64,000 bases of DNA, taken from an uncultured Chloroflexia bacterium. GTDB taxonomy: Bacteria > Chloroflexota > Limnocylindria > Limnocylindrales > CSP1-4. The stretch spans positions 1,248,001 through 1,312,000 of the forward strand of contig CAVVCZ010000004.1 in NCBI GenBank assembly GCA_963746845.1. Reading direction: 5' to 3'. A program made the translations under genes and the position numbers. The notes below the pieces were generated by a model that was not told the DNA's origin, ran no database searches, and saw only the letters and a program-made list of their open reading frames with translations. Below are positions 13,907 to 23,712 of this stretch, piece by piece (position 1 is the first letter of the stretch; each line of letters begins with the position of its first letter).

Positions 13907-15103
13907 ATGAGCGGAACACGACGGATCGGCATCCTGACCGGCGGCGGCGACGTGCCGGGCCTCAACTCGGTCATCAAGTCGGTCGTCTATCGGGCGACCG
14001 AGATCGGCGACGAGGTCGTGGGCATCCGGCGCGGCTGGGAGGGCCTGACCCACCTCCGGTTCGATCCCGCGCCCGACCCGAACTACATCGTCCGTCTCGA
14101 CCGCGCCAACACGCGGACGATCGACCGGACCGGCGGGACCTGGCTCCACACGTCCCGGACGAACCCGAAGAAGATGCCGCCGGCGAGCCTCCCGGCGTGG
14201 ATGGATCCCGCGCGCGTGACCGCGATGACCGGGTCCGACGGGATCGTCGACCTGACGCCCGTCGTCCTCGAGAACATCGAGCGGCTCGGGCTCGACGTGC
14301 TCGTCACGATCGGTGGCGACGACACGCTCAGCTTCTCGAGGGTCCTGTTCGACGAGGGTGTGCCGCTCGTCGCGATCCCGAAGACGATGGACAACGACGT
14401 CGCGGGCACCGAGTACTGCATCGGCTTCTCGACCGCGATCACCCGGGCGAAGGAGCTGATCAACCGCCAGCGAACGACGCTCGGCAGTCACGAGCGGATC
14501 GGCGTGTTCCGCATCTTCGGCCGCGATGCGGGGTTCTCGGCGCTCTACACGGCGTACGTGACGAGCGCCCGCTGCGTGATCCCGGAGGCGCCGTACGACC
14601 TCGACCGCCTCGCCGAGATCCTGACCGCCGACCGCGACGCGAACCCGTCGAAGTACGCGGTGGTGGTGACCGCGGAGGGGGCGATCTGGAAGGGCGCCCA
14701 GATGCGCGACGTCGGCGAGGCCGACGCGTTCGGCCATCGCCACAAGGCCAACGTCGGCGAGGCGCTCGCTGTCGAGATCAAGCAACGGACCGGGATCGAG
14801 GCCGTCGCCTCCGAGCTGACCTACGACCTCCGATCCGGCGAGCCGGACGCCCTCGACGCGATGGTCGCCACGACGTTCGCCAACGTCGCGATGGACCTCG
14901 TCCGGGACGGCATCACCGGCCGGATGATGGCGATCCAGGACGGCAAGTACGCCCACACCGAGCTGCCCCATCCGGGGACGCCGGCCCGCCGCGTCGACAT
15001 CGCGGACATGTACAACGAGGAGCGCTTCCGGCCCCGCTACGAGGGCCGGCTCGGCGACCCGATGCTCCTCGTCTCGGTCGGGGGCGGCGTCGCCGTCGGC
15101 TAG
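13907..15103 (+). CDS. PfkA-family 6-phosphofructokinase, probably PPi-dependent
   Basis: LTGGGDVPGLN, GGT.L.TSR, GGDDT and PKTMDND (Asp/Lys signature of PPi use). Confidence 0.9.
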   Translation: MSGTRRIGILTGGGDVPGLNSVIKSVVYRATEIGDEVVGIRRGWEGLTHLRFDPAPDPNYIVRLDRANTRTIDRTGGTWLHTSRTNPKKMPPASLPAWMDPARVTAMTGSDGIVDLTPVVLENIERLGLDVLVTIGGDDTLSFSRVLFDEGVPLVAIPKTMDNDVAGTEYCIGFSTAITRAKELINRQRTTLGSHERIGVFRIFGRDAGFSALYTAYVTSARCVIPEAPYDLDRLAEILTADRDANPSKYAVVVTAEGAIWKGAQMRDVGEADAFGHRHKANVGEALAVEIKQRTGIEAVASELTYDLRSGEPDALDAMVATTFANVAMDLVRDGITGRMMAIQDGKYAHTELPHPGTPARRVDIADMYNEERFRPRYEGRLGDPMLLVSVGGGVAVG

Positions 15104-15121
15104 GCGAGTGCGCGAACGGCT

Positions 15122-16009
15122 CTAGCTCGGGAGCCCGGATCGCTCCCGGATGACCCTCGCGAGCGCGGACATGTCATCGGCGTCGTGGCCCTTCGCGACG
15201 AGATCGGTCTCGAAGTCCGCCGCCAGCTCGGCGACGGGCAGCTCGGCGCCCATCTGGTGGGCGAGGTCGAGCGCGATGCCGAGGTCCTTCCGGTGCAGGG
15301 CGACCTTGAACCCGAGCGGGTAGTCGTTGACCCGCATCCGCTCGCTTCGGTTGGCCAGCACCCAGCTCTGTGCCGCGCCGCCGCCGAGCGCCTCGACGAC
15401 CTGGCCGACGTCCAACCCGGCCTTGATCGCGAGGACGATCCCCTCGGCCACCCCGAGGTAGGTCCCGGCCAGGATGACCTGGTTGACGGCCTTCACGGCC
15501 TGGCCGGCGCCGCTCGGGCCGACGTGCGTGATCGTCTTGCCCATCGCGGTGAGGATCGGTCGGGCTCGCTCCACGTCCGCCGCCTCGCCGCCGCAGAAGA
15601 TCGTGAGGGTCGCCTTCTGGGCGCCCTCGCTGCCGCCCGACACCGGGGCGTCGACGAGCGAGACGCCACGCGAAGCAAGACGCGACGCGAAGTCGCGGGT
15701 CGCCGACGGCGAGATCGTCGAGCAGTCGATCACGAGCTGGCCGTCCCGGGCGCCCTCGGCGAGGCCGCCCGCGCCGAACAGGACGGACTCGACGTCCGGC
15801 GTGTCCGAGACGCAGACGACGATGGCATCCGTGGCACGCGCGACATCCGCCGGGCTGTCCGCGCGGGCGACGCCGAGGTCCTCGAGCTCCGCGGCCCGGC
15901 CGGGTGTCCGGTTCCAGGCCGTGACCGCGAACCCGGCGCCAGCCAGGTTGGCGGCCATCGCCGCGCCCATCGTCCCGAGTCCCAGGAACCCGATCCGGTC
16001 GTCAGCCAT
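15122..16009 (-). CDS. 3-hydroxyisobutyrate dehydrogenase/tartronate semialdehyde reductase family oxidoreductase
   Basis: GFLGLGTMG, DAPVSGG, K.VNQ, KDL motifs. Confidence 0.92.
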   Translation of the reverse strand: MADDRIGFLGLGTMGAAMAANLAGAGFAVTAWNRTPGRAAELEDLGVARADSPADVARATDAIVVCVSDTPDVESVLFGAGGLAEGARDGQLVIDCSTISPSATRDFASRLASRGVSLVDAPVSGGSEGAQKATLTIFCGGEAADVERARPILTAMGKTITHVGPSGAGQAVKAVNQVILAGTYLGVAEGIVLAIKAGLDVGQVVEALGGGAAQSWVLANRSERMRVNDYPLGFKVALHRKDLGIALDLAHQMGAELPVAELAADFETDLVAKGHDADDMSALARVIRERSGLPS

Positions 16010-16067
16010 GTGCTCCTCGCTGCTACCCTCGCGTCAATTCTGACGGACTCACGGAGGTTCCGGATCG

Positions 16068-16451
16068 ATGCCGCTCATCGCCCAGCTCGCCGCGCTGCTC
16101 GGGGCGGCGATCCACGTCTGGTTCTTCGTCCTGGAGAGCCTCCTCTTCGGGCGACCAGGCGTGGCGGCGCGGTTCGGGCTCCGGACCGACGAGCAGATCG
16201 CCGTGGTCCGGCCGATGGCCTTCAACCAGGGCTTCTACAACCTGTTCCTGGCGGTCGGGATCGCGGCGGGCATCGCCCAGATCGCCGCGGGCGAGGAGGT
16301 CGCCGGTCGGGCGATCGTCCTGTTCTGCTGCGCCTGCATGGTCGGTGCGGGGATCGTCCTGTTCGCGACGAGCCGGCGGTTCCTCCAGGCGTCGATCGTC
16401 CAGGCGCTCCCGCCGCTGGTCGCGATCCTCGCGACGTTCCTCATCCACTGA
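16068..16451 (+). CDS. DUF1304-type membrane protein
   Basis: H..F..LE, NQGFYNLFLA, four TM segments; GGAGG SD. Confidence 0.8.
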   Translation: MPLIAQLAALLGAAIHVWFFVLESLLFGRPGVAARFGLRTDEQIAVVRPMAFNQGFYNLFLAVGIAAGIAQIAAGEEVAGRAIVLFCCACMVGAGIVLFATSRRFLQASIVQALPPLVAILATFLIH

Positions 16452-17301
16452 CGGCGGCGTCGGCGCCGCTCGCGACCGGCCGTCGTCGACCGGCGAGGAA
16501 CCAGGTCCGGATCTCGCCCTTGCCCTTGAGGGCGATCGTTCCGCGCGTCTCGAGCATGTAATCGTCCCCGAGGATCTCGGCGACGGCGTCCGAGACGTGG
16601 ATGCGGCCCGGCTGCGAGGTCGACTCGAGACGGCTGGCGACGTTCACCGTGTCGCCCCAGACGTCGAAGGCGAAACGGCGAGACCCGATCACCCCGGACA
16701 CGACGGGTCCGACCGCCACCCCGATCCGGACCTGCCAGTCCGAGGCGGACGCGGCGACGGCGTCGGCCATCGCGAGCGCGAGGTCGGCGGCCGCGCGGAC
16801 GGAGGCCGACGGATCCTCCCCGTCGACCGGAGCCAGACCGGCGACCGCGAGATAGGCGTCCCCGATGGTCTTGATCGTCTCGACGCCGAGGTGCTCGGCG
16901 GCCGCGTCGAACGACGCGAAGAGGGAGCCCAGCCGCTCGACAAGCTCGACGACCGGCAGCCGCCCCGCGATCGCGGTGAACCCGACGATGTCGCAGAACA
17001 CGACGGCGACGTGGTCGTGACGGTCGGCGATCTGGCGCTCGCCCGCATTCAGCCGATCCACGATCCGCCGCGGCAGCACGTTGAGCAGGAGCTCGATCGA
17101 GCGGGCCTGCTCATTCGCGAGCTCCACGCGGAGCCGATCGAGAAGGCGGGAGTTCGTGTCGCGGATGTCCTCGAGCTGGCGCAGCGTCAGCTCGAGTCGT
17201 TCTGCCCGCCGCGTTTGCCGGATGACCTCCTTGCGCAGCTCCTCGGCCGACGGCGGCGGCGCCTCGGATGCGGCACCGGAGCCCGCGTCGGCGTCGGTCA
17301 C
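16441..17301 (-). CDS. Class III adenylate/guanylate cyclase with N-terminal coiled coil
   Basis: ELLLNVLP helix, FCDIVGFT, IKTIGDAY, FDVWGDTVNVASRLES, LKGKG; GTG overlaps the upstream stop (GTGA). Confidence 0.92.
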   Translation of the reverse strand: MTDADAGSGAASEAPPPSAEELRKEVIRQTRRAERLELTLRQLEDIRDTNSRLLDRLRVELANEQARSIELLLNVLPRRIVDRLNAGERQIADRHDHVAVVFCDIVGFTAIAGRLPVVELVERLGSLFASFDAAAEHLGVETIKTIGDAYLAVAGLAPVDGEDPSASVRAAADLALAMADAVAASASDWQVRIGVAVGPVVSGVIGSRRFAFDVWGDTVNVASRLESTSQPGRIHVSDAVAEILGDDYMLETRGTIALKGKGEIRTWFLAGRRRPVASGADAAVSG

Positions 17302-18455
17302 GTCCCGAGCAGCAGCGCGACGAAGGTCTCGTTGAGGAACCGCGGGTCGCGATCCGGCCCGATCGGACCGATCTCGCCGGTGCAGTACATCCCGGCGAAG
17401 GGCAGATCCGGCAGCGCGGCCCGGGTCAGCTCGGTCTCGCGACCGGTCCGCGAGCCGAGCAGGTATTTCCGGACCATGCACGAGAACACGAGCGCCGCCT
17501 CCGGCGGACCCTCGCCCGGAAAGGTCTCGGCGGCCCGCGCCAACGCGCCGGCCGTTCCGCGAAGAAGGGCCTCGGTGTTCGCGGTGGTCAGCTGGATGCC
17601 GGATCCCACCGGCACGGAGCCGATGATCGAGATCGTCCCGGCCGCCTCGTCCGAGCGGATGGCCACGCGGAGGTAGGGCTCGTCGCTCCCCGGCTCGTAG
17701 ATCGCCATCGGGTTCCCGAACGAGGCCGGTCCGATCGCATCGAGGTAGCGACTGACGAACTCCAGGGCCGGGCGGCCGTCGATCTCGCAGATCAGATTGC
17801 GCTCGGATGCGGTCACGACGCCGCGCGACCCGATCGCCTCCCAACCGGTCCCGATCGCGACGGAGTGGCGCAGCGGCCCGGAGAACAGGACGAGGGCGAT
17901 ACCGTCCTCGGTCAGGGCATCGCCGACGAACTGGTAGGTCGGGGTGATCAGGCCGAGCTCGCTCCGCGCCGACCCACCGCCGATGACCGTGACACCGGCC
18001 GGGAGGATCGATCGGATCGTTCGGATCATGGCCGCCGGGTCGGTCGACGCGGCATTGGCCAGCACGATGCACAGTCGTGGCTCGCGGGTCACCCCCACGA
18101 GCGCCGCGTCCAGCGCATCGCGACAGGCGCGGTCCGTGTCGGTCCCGAGACCGGCGCCGAGGCCGGCGGTGATGTCGATCTCATCGGAGGCGAACAAGGC
18201 GAGCGTGACCGAGTCCTCGCGATATCCGACGACGTTCGAGACCTCGGCTGCCGACGTCGAACCGGCGATCGTCGCGGTCGGGAACGCGGCCTTGACGGTG
18301 GCGAGGATCGAGGGGTCGAAGCTCTCGAACGACGCCACGAGTAGGCCGGCCTGGGGCCGGGCGTCGCCGAGGCGCTCCCGGCACTCCGCGATGACCTGGG
18401 CGATCGCATCCGCGGCGTCGACGTCGTCGCTGTGACCCACCGCCATCGTCAGCAT
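17298..18455 (-). CDS. FIST (NosP-like) sensory domain protein
   Basis: GSTSAAEV, IGGGS, GW...G....VT.S..N...EIDGRPA, FSC..R, GMY..GEI, N.T motifs of FIST_N/FIST_C. Confidence 0.88.
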   Translation of the reverse strand: MLTMAVGHSDDVDAADAIAQVIAECRERLGDARPQAGLLVASFESFDPSILATVKAAFPTATIAGSTSAAEVSNVVGYREDSVTLALFASDEIDITAGLGAGLGTDTDRACRDALDAALVGVTREPRLCIVLANAASTDPAAMIRTIRSILPAGVTVIGGGSARSELGLITPTYQFVGDALTEDGIALVLFSGPLRHSVAIGTGWEAIGSRGVVTASERNLICEIDGRPALEFVSRYLDAIGPASFGNPMAIYEPGSDEPYLRVAIRSDEAAGTISIIGSVPVGSGIQLTTANTEALLRGTAGALARAAETFPGEGPPEAALVFSCMVRKYLLGSRTGRETELTRAALPDLPFAGMYCTGEIGPIGPDRDPRFLNETFVALLLGT

Positions 18456-18587
18456 CGGTCGGGCACCTCACGACTCGCTCGCCCGGTCAGCCCTCGGACA
18501 CGTCGATCCACCGCGCCACCATAGCGCGGCGCGGATCGGAGGGTGATTCGGCGATCCGTCGGCGCGGTCCGGCGCCGACCGCCGGGA

Positions 18588-18983
18588 TCAGTCGGTGGCG
18601 CCTGCCACCTCGAGCCGGCCCCGCCAGCAGTCGGTCGTCACGCCGTCGTGGGCGCACTGGATCTCGCTGTAGCTGCCGGTGACCGGCCGGCCCTTGCCCC
18701 AGCCGTCGATGATGACGCCGCTGATCACCGCGTTGAGACCGGTCTGCTCGACATGGACGAGCGCGGTGAACTCGCGCTGGGAGCCGTGGAAGCCATAGAT
18801 TGCCTCGACGGTCGTCGTGGGGCCCGGGTTCATGTCCAGGACCTTGCCCCGGTAGGTTCCCTCGCCGACGGCGCCGCCGACGGTGCCCGCCATCTCGGGA
18901 CCCTCGCCGACCATCCACTTCGTGAACGTGGCGGCACCCGTGCCGACGGGGCTGATGGTGGGCTCGCTGACGATGGTGTCCAT
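18588..18983 (-). CDS. Hypothetical protein
   Basis: ATG with GGAAGGA SD, high-GC3 codon usage, beta-rich-looking sequence. Confidence 0.65.
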   Translation of the reverse strand: MDTIVSEPTISPVGTGAATFTKWMVGEGPEMAGTVGGAVGEGTYRGKVLDMNPGPTTTVEAIYGFHGSQREFTALVHVEQTGLNAVISGVIIDGWGKGRPVTGSYSEIQCAHDGVTTDCWRGRLEVAGATD

Positions 18984-19125
18984 CGCAGATCCTTCCGACC
19001 ACGGCGTGGGCGGCATCCGGAACGGACGTCTGCGCCGAGCCGTGGCCACCACCGTACACCCGGGTCGTCGTCCGTTCGTCTCGCGCGCGGTGACGCGGCA
19101 GATCGGCAGGGTGAACGGGCGGTGC

Positions 19126-19201
19126 TGGCGCGCCCGGCGGGACTCGAACCCACGACCTTCAGGTCCGCAACCTGACGCTCTATCCACTGAGCTACGGGCG
19201 C
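19126..19201 (-). tRNA. tRNA-Arg(GCG)
   Basis: GCGCCCGTAGCTCAGTGGATAGAGCG-TCAGG tt GCG ga CCTGA-...GGGCGCGCCA; anticodon at 19168-19166. Confidence 0.93.
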
Positions 19202-19300
19202 ATGTGCTGGGGAGCGGGAAACCGGCGACCGGTAACGGTCAACCGATGATCGCTCTCCGAGGTCCAAGGCGAAGCTCCGCGACGCCATTGGCCCGAGGAT

Positions 19301-19392
<92 letters not shown>

Positions 19393-19489
19393 GTCGCGCG
19401 GCGGCCGGAATCCTACCATGCACGTTCCGCCCCGCCGCCCGTTCGGCATCTGCTACCGTGCCCGCTCTCCGACCGCCGAGGAGGCCGAC

Positions 19490-20089
19490 GTGACCGACCC
19501 CGGGACCGCTCGAACGCCGCGCACGAAGGAGGCGATCGAGGCATTCACGGTCGGCGAGCTGCAGCCGCTCGCCGGGCCGATCGTCCTCGCCGACCCGGAT
19601 CCGGCGTGGCCCGCGCTGTATGCACGGGAGGAAGCGCGGATCCGCTCGATCCTCGGCGATCGCGTCCTCCGGATCGAGCACACCGGCTCGACGTCCGTGC
19701 CGGGGCTCTCGGCCAAGCCGATCGTCGACATCACGATGCTCGTGGCCGATGCCCTGGATGAGCCGGCCTACGCGGCCGACCTCGGGGCCGCCGGCTACCT
19801 CCTGAGGATCCGCGAGGCGGAGCCCGAGTGGTACGACCACCGCGTCTTCAAGGGCCCCGACACGAACATCAACCTGCACGTCTTCTCGGCCGGCTGCGTC
19901 GAGCTCGAGCGAATGGTCGGGTTCCGCGACTGGCTCCGGACCCACGACGACGAGCGGGAGCTGTACGAGCGGACGAAACGCGACCTGGTCGCGAGCGAGT
20001 GGGACTACGTCCAGCAATACGCGGACGCCAAGGGTGACGTCGTCGAGGCGATCATGGCCCGGGCCGGTCTCCCCGGGCCGCATCCGTGA
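19490..20089 (+). CDS. GrpB/UPF0157 family protein
   Basis: IEHTGSTSVPGLSAKPIVDI, FRDWLR, Y...K, YADAK; GAGGAGG SD. Confidence 0.9.
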   Translation: MTDPGTARTPRTKEAIEAFTVGELQPLAGPIVLADPDPAWPALYAREEARIRSILGDRVLRIEHTGSTSVPGLSAKPIVDITMLVADALDEPAYAADLGAAGYLLRIREAEPEWYDHRVFKGPDTNINLHVFSAGCVELERMVGFRDWLRTHDDERELYERTKRDLVASEWDYVQQYADAKGDVVEAIMARAGLPGPHP

Positions 20090-20109
20090 CCCCTGTCGCG
20101 GCACCCTCG

Positions 20110-20138
20110 TTGACACGCGTGCGCGCCCGCCGTACCGT
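20110..20138 (+). promoter_or_regulatory. sigma70-type promoter of the aro operon
   Basis: TTGACA-17 nt-TACCGT. Confidence 0.75.
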
Positions 20139-20151
20139 CCGCCACACGCAG

Positions 20152-20187
20152 ATGAACACGCTCTTCTACTTTCGACACCCGGCATGA
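20152..20187 (+). CDS. Putative aro operon leader peptide MNTLFYFRHPA
   Basis: 11 codons with consecutive TTC TAC TTT, between the promoter and a terminator upstream of DAHP synthase. Confidence 0.7.
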   Translation: MNTLFYFRHPA

Positions 20188-20232
20188 CCGACCCCGGAGC
20201 CTAGACCCGGGATCGCGGGTCGTGCCGGGTGG

Positions 20233-20264
20233 AAGCAGAGGTCGCGACCTCTGCTTTTTTGTTT
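20233..20264 (+). terminator. Intrinsic terminator (attenuator) in the aro leader
   Basis: AAGCAGAGGTC-GC-GACCTCTGCTT inverted repeat followed by TTTTGTTT. Confidence 0.85.
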
Positions 20265-20288
20265 GACCACTGGAGGAACCGAACGGCG

Positions 20289-21371
20289 ATGTTCGTGGTG
20301 ATGGCGCGAACGGCGGGCGAGGCCGAGATCCTCGGCGTGAAGAGCGCCATCCTCGGCGAGGGCCTTACGCCGTACGACCATGCCGGCGTCGAACGGACGG
20401 TCATCGCCGTGATCGGCGAGATCGGCTCGCGCAAGGCCGATCTCAGCGCTCGTCTCGGTGGTCTGCCCGGAGTCGAGACCGTCACCCCGATCAGCCGCCC
20501 GTTCAAGCTGACCTCGCGCGAGTTCCAGCCCGAGGACACGGTGATCCGCGTCCTCGACGCGGTGATCGGCGACGGATCGCTGACCGTGATGGCCGGTCCG
20601 TGCTCCGTGGAGAGCCGGACGCAGCTGTTCGAGACGGCGACGGCCGTGGCCGATGCCGGTGCGACGATCCTGCGCGGCGGCGCCTTCAAGCCCCGGACCT
20701 CGCCGTACAGCTTCCAGGGTCTGGGCGTCGAGGCGCTCCGCGACCTGGCGGAGGCGCGCGAGCGGACCGGGCTGCCGGTGATCACCGAGGTCATGGAGCC
20801 GAACCAGGTCGACATCGTCGCGGAGTACGCCGACATCCTCCAGGTCGGCACCCGGAACATGCAGAACTTCTCCCTGCTCATGGCGGTCGGCCGGGTCGCG
20901 CGGCCGGTCATGCTCAAACGCGGCTTCAGCGCCACGGTCGAGGAGTGGCTGATGGCGGCCGAGTACATCGTCAGCTCCGGCAATCCGAACGTGATCCTGT
21001 GCGAGCGCGGGATCCGGACGTTCGAGACCTACACGCGCAACACGCTCGACCTGTCGGCCGTGCCACTCCTCCGGCAGCTGACCCACCTTCCGGTGATCGT
21101 CGACCCGAGCCACGCGACCGGCAAGCGCTGGCTCGTCCCGTCACTGGCGATCGGCGGCGTCGCCGTCGGGGCGGACGGCGTCATGGTCGAGGTCCACCCG
21201 AACCCCGACGAGGCCCTGTCCGACGCCGAGCAGCAGCTCACCTTCGACCAGTTCCGGGCGATGATGGCCCAGTTGGTCCCGGTCCACGAGCAGGTCCGCG
21301 GGCTGCGGTCGGCGCCCGTCGTCGCCGAAGGCGCGGGAGCCGGCGGCGGCGCCGGGCTCGGCCGGCACTGA
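20289..21371 (+). CDS. aroF: DAHP synthase, type I-beta with N-terminal regulatory domain
   Basis: [39 protein letters not shown]; GGAGG SD. Confidence 0.96.
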   Translation: MFVVMARTAGEAEILGVKSAILGEGLTPYDHAGVERTVIAVIGEIGSRKADLSARLGGLPGVETVTPISRPFKLTSREFQPEDTVIRVLDAVIGDGSLTVMAGPCSVESRTQLFETATAVADAGATILRGGAFKPRTSPYSFQGLGVEALRDLAEARERTGLPVITEVMEPNQVDIVAEYADILQVGTRNMQNFSLLMAVGRVARPVMLKRGFSATVEEWLMAAEYIVSSGNPNVILCERGIRTFETYTRNTLDLSAVPLLRQLTHLPVIVDPSHATGKRWLVPSLAIGGVAVGADGVMVEVHPNPDEALSDAEQQLTFDQFRAMMAQLVPVHEQVRGLRSAPVVAEGAGAGGGAGLGRH

Positions 21372-22765
21372 TGACCACGATGACCCCCGTCGATGCCGCC
21401 GTCGTCGAGCGCGCCGCGCGCCTCCGAGGCGAGCTCGCGCTGCCCGGTGACAAGTCGGTCAGCCACCGGGCGTTGATGCTCGCGACGCTGGCTGCGGGCG
21501 AGAGCCGGATCCGGGGCGCCGGGGACGGCGCCGACGTCCGCTCGACCGCCGCCATCTGCCGGGCCCTCGGCGCGAACGTCGAGCGGCAGGACGTCGACCG
21601 GGCGGGGGGTCCGACGGTCGACTACCGGGTCGTGTCGCCGGGCGTCGACGGGTTGCGCGAGCCGGCAGTGGACCTGGACTGCGGCAACTCCGGCACGAGC
21701 CTCCGGCTGTTCTCCGGGATCGTCGCCGGCTTGCCGTTCCGGACCGTCCTCGACGGCGACGATTCGTTGCGGCGTCGACCGGTCGCCCGTATCATCGAGC
21801 CACTTCGGGCGATGGGCGCAACGGTCCATGCCCGGGCCGACGACTCCCTCCCACCACTGACCGTCATCGGTCGTCATCCGCTCATCGCGGTCGATCGCTG
21901 GACCCCCGTCCCGAGCGCCCAGGTCAAGTCGGCGATCGTGCTGGCGGGGCTCCGGGCGGAGGGCACGACCACCGTCCGCGAGACGGTCGCCACGCGCGAC
22001 CACACCGAGCGGATGCTGCGGGCGCGGGGGATCGTGGTCCGGACGGAGCGTCTGACGCTGGACGAGGCCGGCGGGGCCGAGGGGGCCATGGCGATCACGG
22101 TGGAGGGAGGGCGAGCAGTGGCGGCGATCGACGAGCGCGTCCCGGGCGACGTGTCGGCGGCCGCCTTCTGGCTCGTCGCGGGCGCGATCCACCCGGATGC
22201 GGACCTGACCCTGCGCGGCGTCGGGATCAACCCGACGCGCCGTGCCGTGATCGACATCCTCCGCTCGATGGGGGCCGACATCACCGAGACCCCGGCGGAC
22301 GGGTCCGCCGCCGGGGACCACGCGAACGCCGGCGTCGGCGAGCCGCTGGCGGACCTCCGGGTCCGCTCGTCCTCACTCCTCGGGATCGACCTGGGTCCGT
22401 CCGACGTCGCGGCCGCGATCGACGAGATCCCGGTCCTGTGCCTCGCGGCCGCGCGGGCGGCCGGCACGACCACGATCCGCGGCGCCGGCGAGCTCCGCCA
22501 CAAGGAATCGGACCGGATCGCGGGCACGGCGGACGGCCTGCGCGCGCTCGGCGCCGACGTCGAGGTGGACGGCGACGACCTCCGGATCCGCGGCGGCCGC
22601 TCCCTCGCCGGTGCGGTCGTCGACAGCCTCGACGACCATCGACTTGCGATGACCTTCGCGATCGCGGGCCTCGTCGCCGCCGACCGGACGACCGTCCTCC
22701 GTCCGGCCAGCGCCGCGATCTCCTACCCCGGCTTCTTCGACGACCTCGGAAGGGTGGCGTCATGA
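21371..22765 (+). CDS. aroA: EPSP synthase
   Basis: [44 protein letters not shown]. Confidence 0.97.
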   Translation: MTTMTPVDAAVVERAARLRGELALPGDKSVSHRALMLATLAAGESRIRGAGDGADVRSTAAICRALGANVERQDVDRAGGPTVDYRVVSPGVDGLREPAVDLDCGNSGTSLRLFSGIVAGLPFRTVLDGDDSLRRRPVARIIEPLRAMGATVHARADDSLPPLTVIGRHPLIAVDRWTPVPSAQVKSAIVLAGLRAEGTTTVRETVATRDHTERMLRARGIVVRTERLTLDEAGGAEGAMAITVEGGRAVAAIDERVPGDVSAAAFWLVAGAIHPDADLTLRGVGINPTRRAVIDILRSMGADITETPADGSAAGDHANAGVGEPLADLRVRSSSLLGIDLGPSDVAAAIDEIPVLCLAAARAAGTTTIRGAGELRHKESDRIAGTADGLRALGADVEVDGDDLRIRGGRSLAGAVVDSLDDHRLAMTFAIAGLVAADRTTVLRPASAAISYPGFFDDLGRVAS

Positions 22766-23688
22766 CCAAGCGCGTCGTTCTCATCGGGCATCCCGTCGCC
22801 CACTCGCTCTCGGGCGCGATGCACCAGGCGGCGTTCGACGATCAGGGGATCGACGCGGCCTACGAGCTGTGGGACCGTGCGCCGATCGCCCTGCCCGATG
22901 CGATCGGCGAGATCCGCGGCGACGACTTCCTCGGCGCGAATGTCACGATCCCCCACAAGGAGCGGGTCGTTCCGCTCGTCGACAAGCTGACCGAGGAGGC
23001 GCAGGTCACCGGGGCGGTCAACACGATCACCCGCGAGGGCCACCGGCTCGTCGGCCACAACACGGACGTGCCGGGCTTCAAGGTCGCCCTCGACAAGCTC
23101 GTCGGCCGCCAGAAGATGCCGCGCTACGCGATCGTCCTGGGCGCCGGCGGCGGCGCCCGCGCCGTCGTCTACGGGTTGATCCGCGAGGGCTTCCAGCGGG
23201 TCATCATCTTCAACCGCCACCTCCATCGGGCCGAGGGTCTCGTCAAGCACTTCGGGCGGAGCGCGTCGCACATGGAGCTGCGTGCGATGCCGTGGCACGA
23301 GTCGATCATCGAGGCCGAGCTGGCCAAGTCGAAGGTGCTCGTCAATGCCACCTCGATCGGGCTGGCGACCGACGTCTCGCCGATCCCGGCCGAGATCCTG
23401 CCGGCGGAGCTGCTCGTCCTGGACCTCATCTACAAGCACACGCGCCTGCTCCAGGACGCCGAGGCAGCGGGCGCGACAGTGTCCGACGGCGAGCTCATGC
23501 TCCTCCACCAGGGCGCCGCCGCGTTCACGCTCTGGACCGGCCGACCGGCCCCGGTCGACGTGATGCAGAAGGCGCTGTCCGCGGCCCGGGCCGGCGGCGT
23601 CCGCTCGGCCGAGGGTGAGCCGACCGGCGAGCCGGAGGCCACCGCGGCCGGCGCCGGGTCATCGTCCGGCGGCACGGGCGGCGACTGA
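22762..23688 (+). CDS. aroE: Shikimate dehydrogenase
   Basis: G.PVAHSLS, NVTIPHK, GAVNT, NTD, GAGG. Confidence 0.95.
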   Translation: MTKRVVLIGHPVAHSLSGAMHQAAFDDQGIDAAYELWDRAPIALPDAIGEIRGDDFLGANVTIPHKERVVPLVDKLTEEAQVTGAVNTITREGHRLVGHNTDVPGFKVALDKLVGRQKMPRYAIVLGAGGGARAVVYGLIREGFQRVIIFNRHLHRAEGLVKHFGRSASHMELRAMPWHESIIEAELAKSKVLVNATSIGLATDVSPIPAEILPAELLVLDLIYKHTRLLQDAEAAGATVSDGELMLLHQGAAAFTLWTGRPAPVDVMQKALSAARAGGVRSAEGEPTGEPEATAAGAGSSSGGTGGD

Positions 23689-23712
23689 CGCGGCCCCGCC
23701 GCGAGGACGCTC

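Noticed and set aside
20226-20262. GGGTGGAAGC as a T-box antiterminator in the aro leader
   Set aside because: No stem I or specifier loop, the leader is too short, and helix A1 cannot form; a leader peptide fits better
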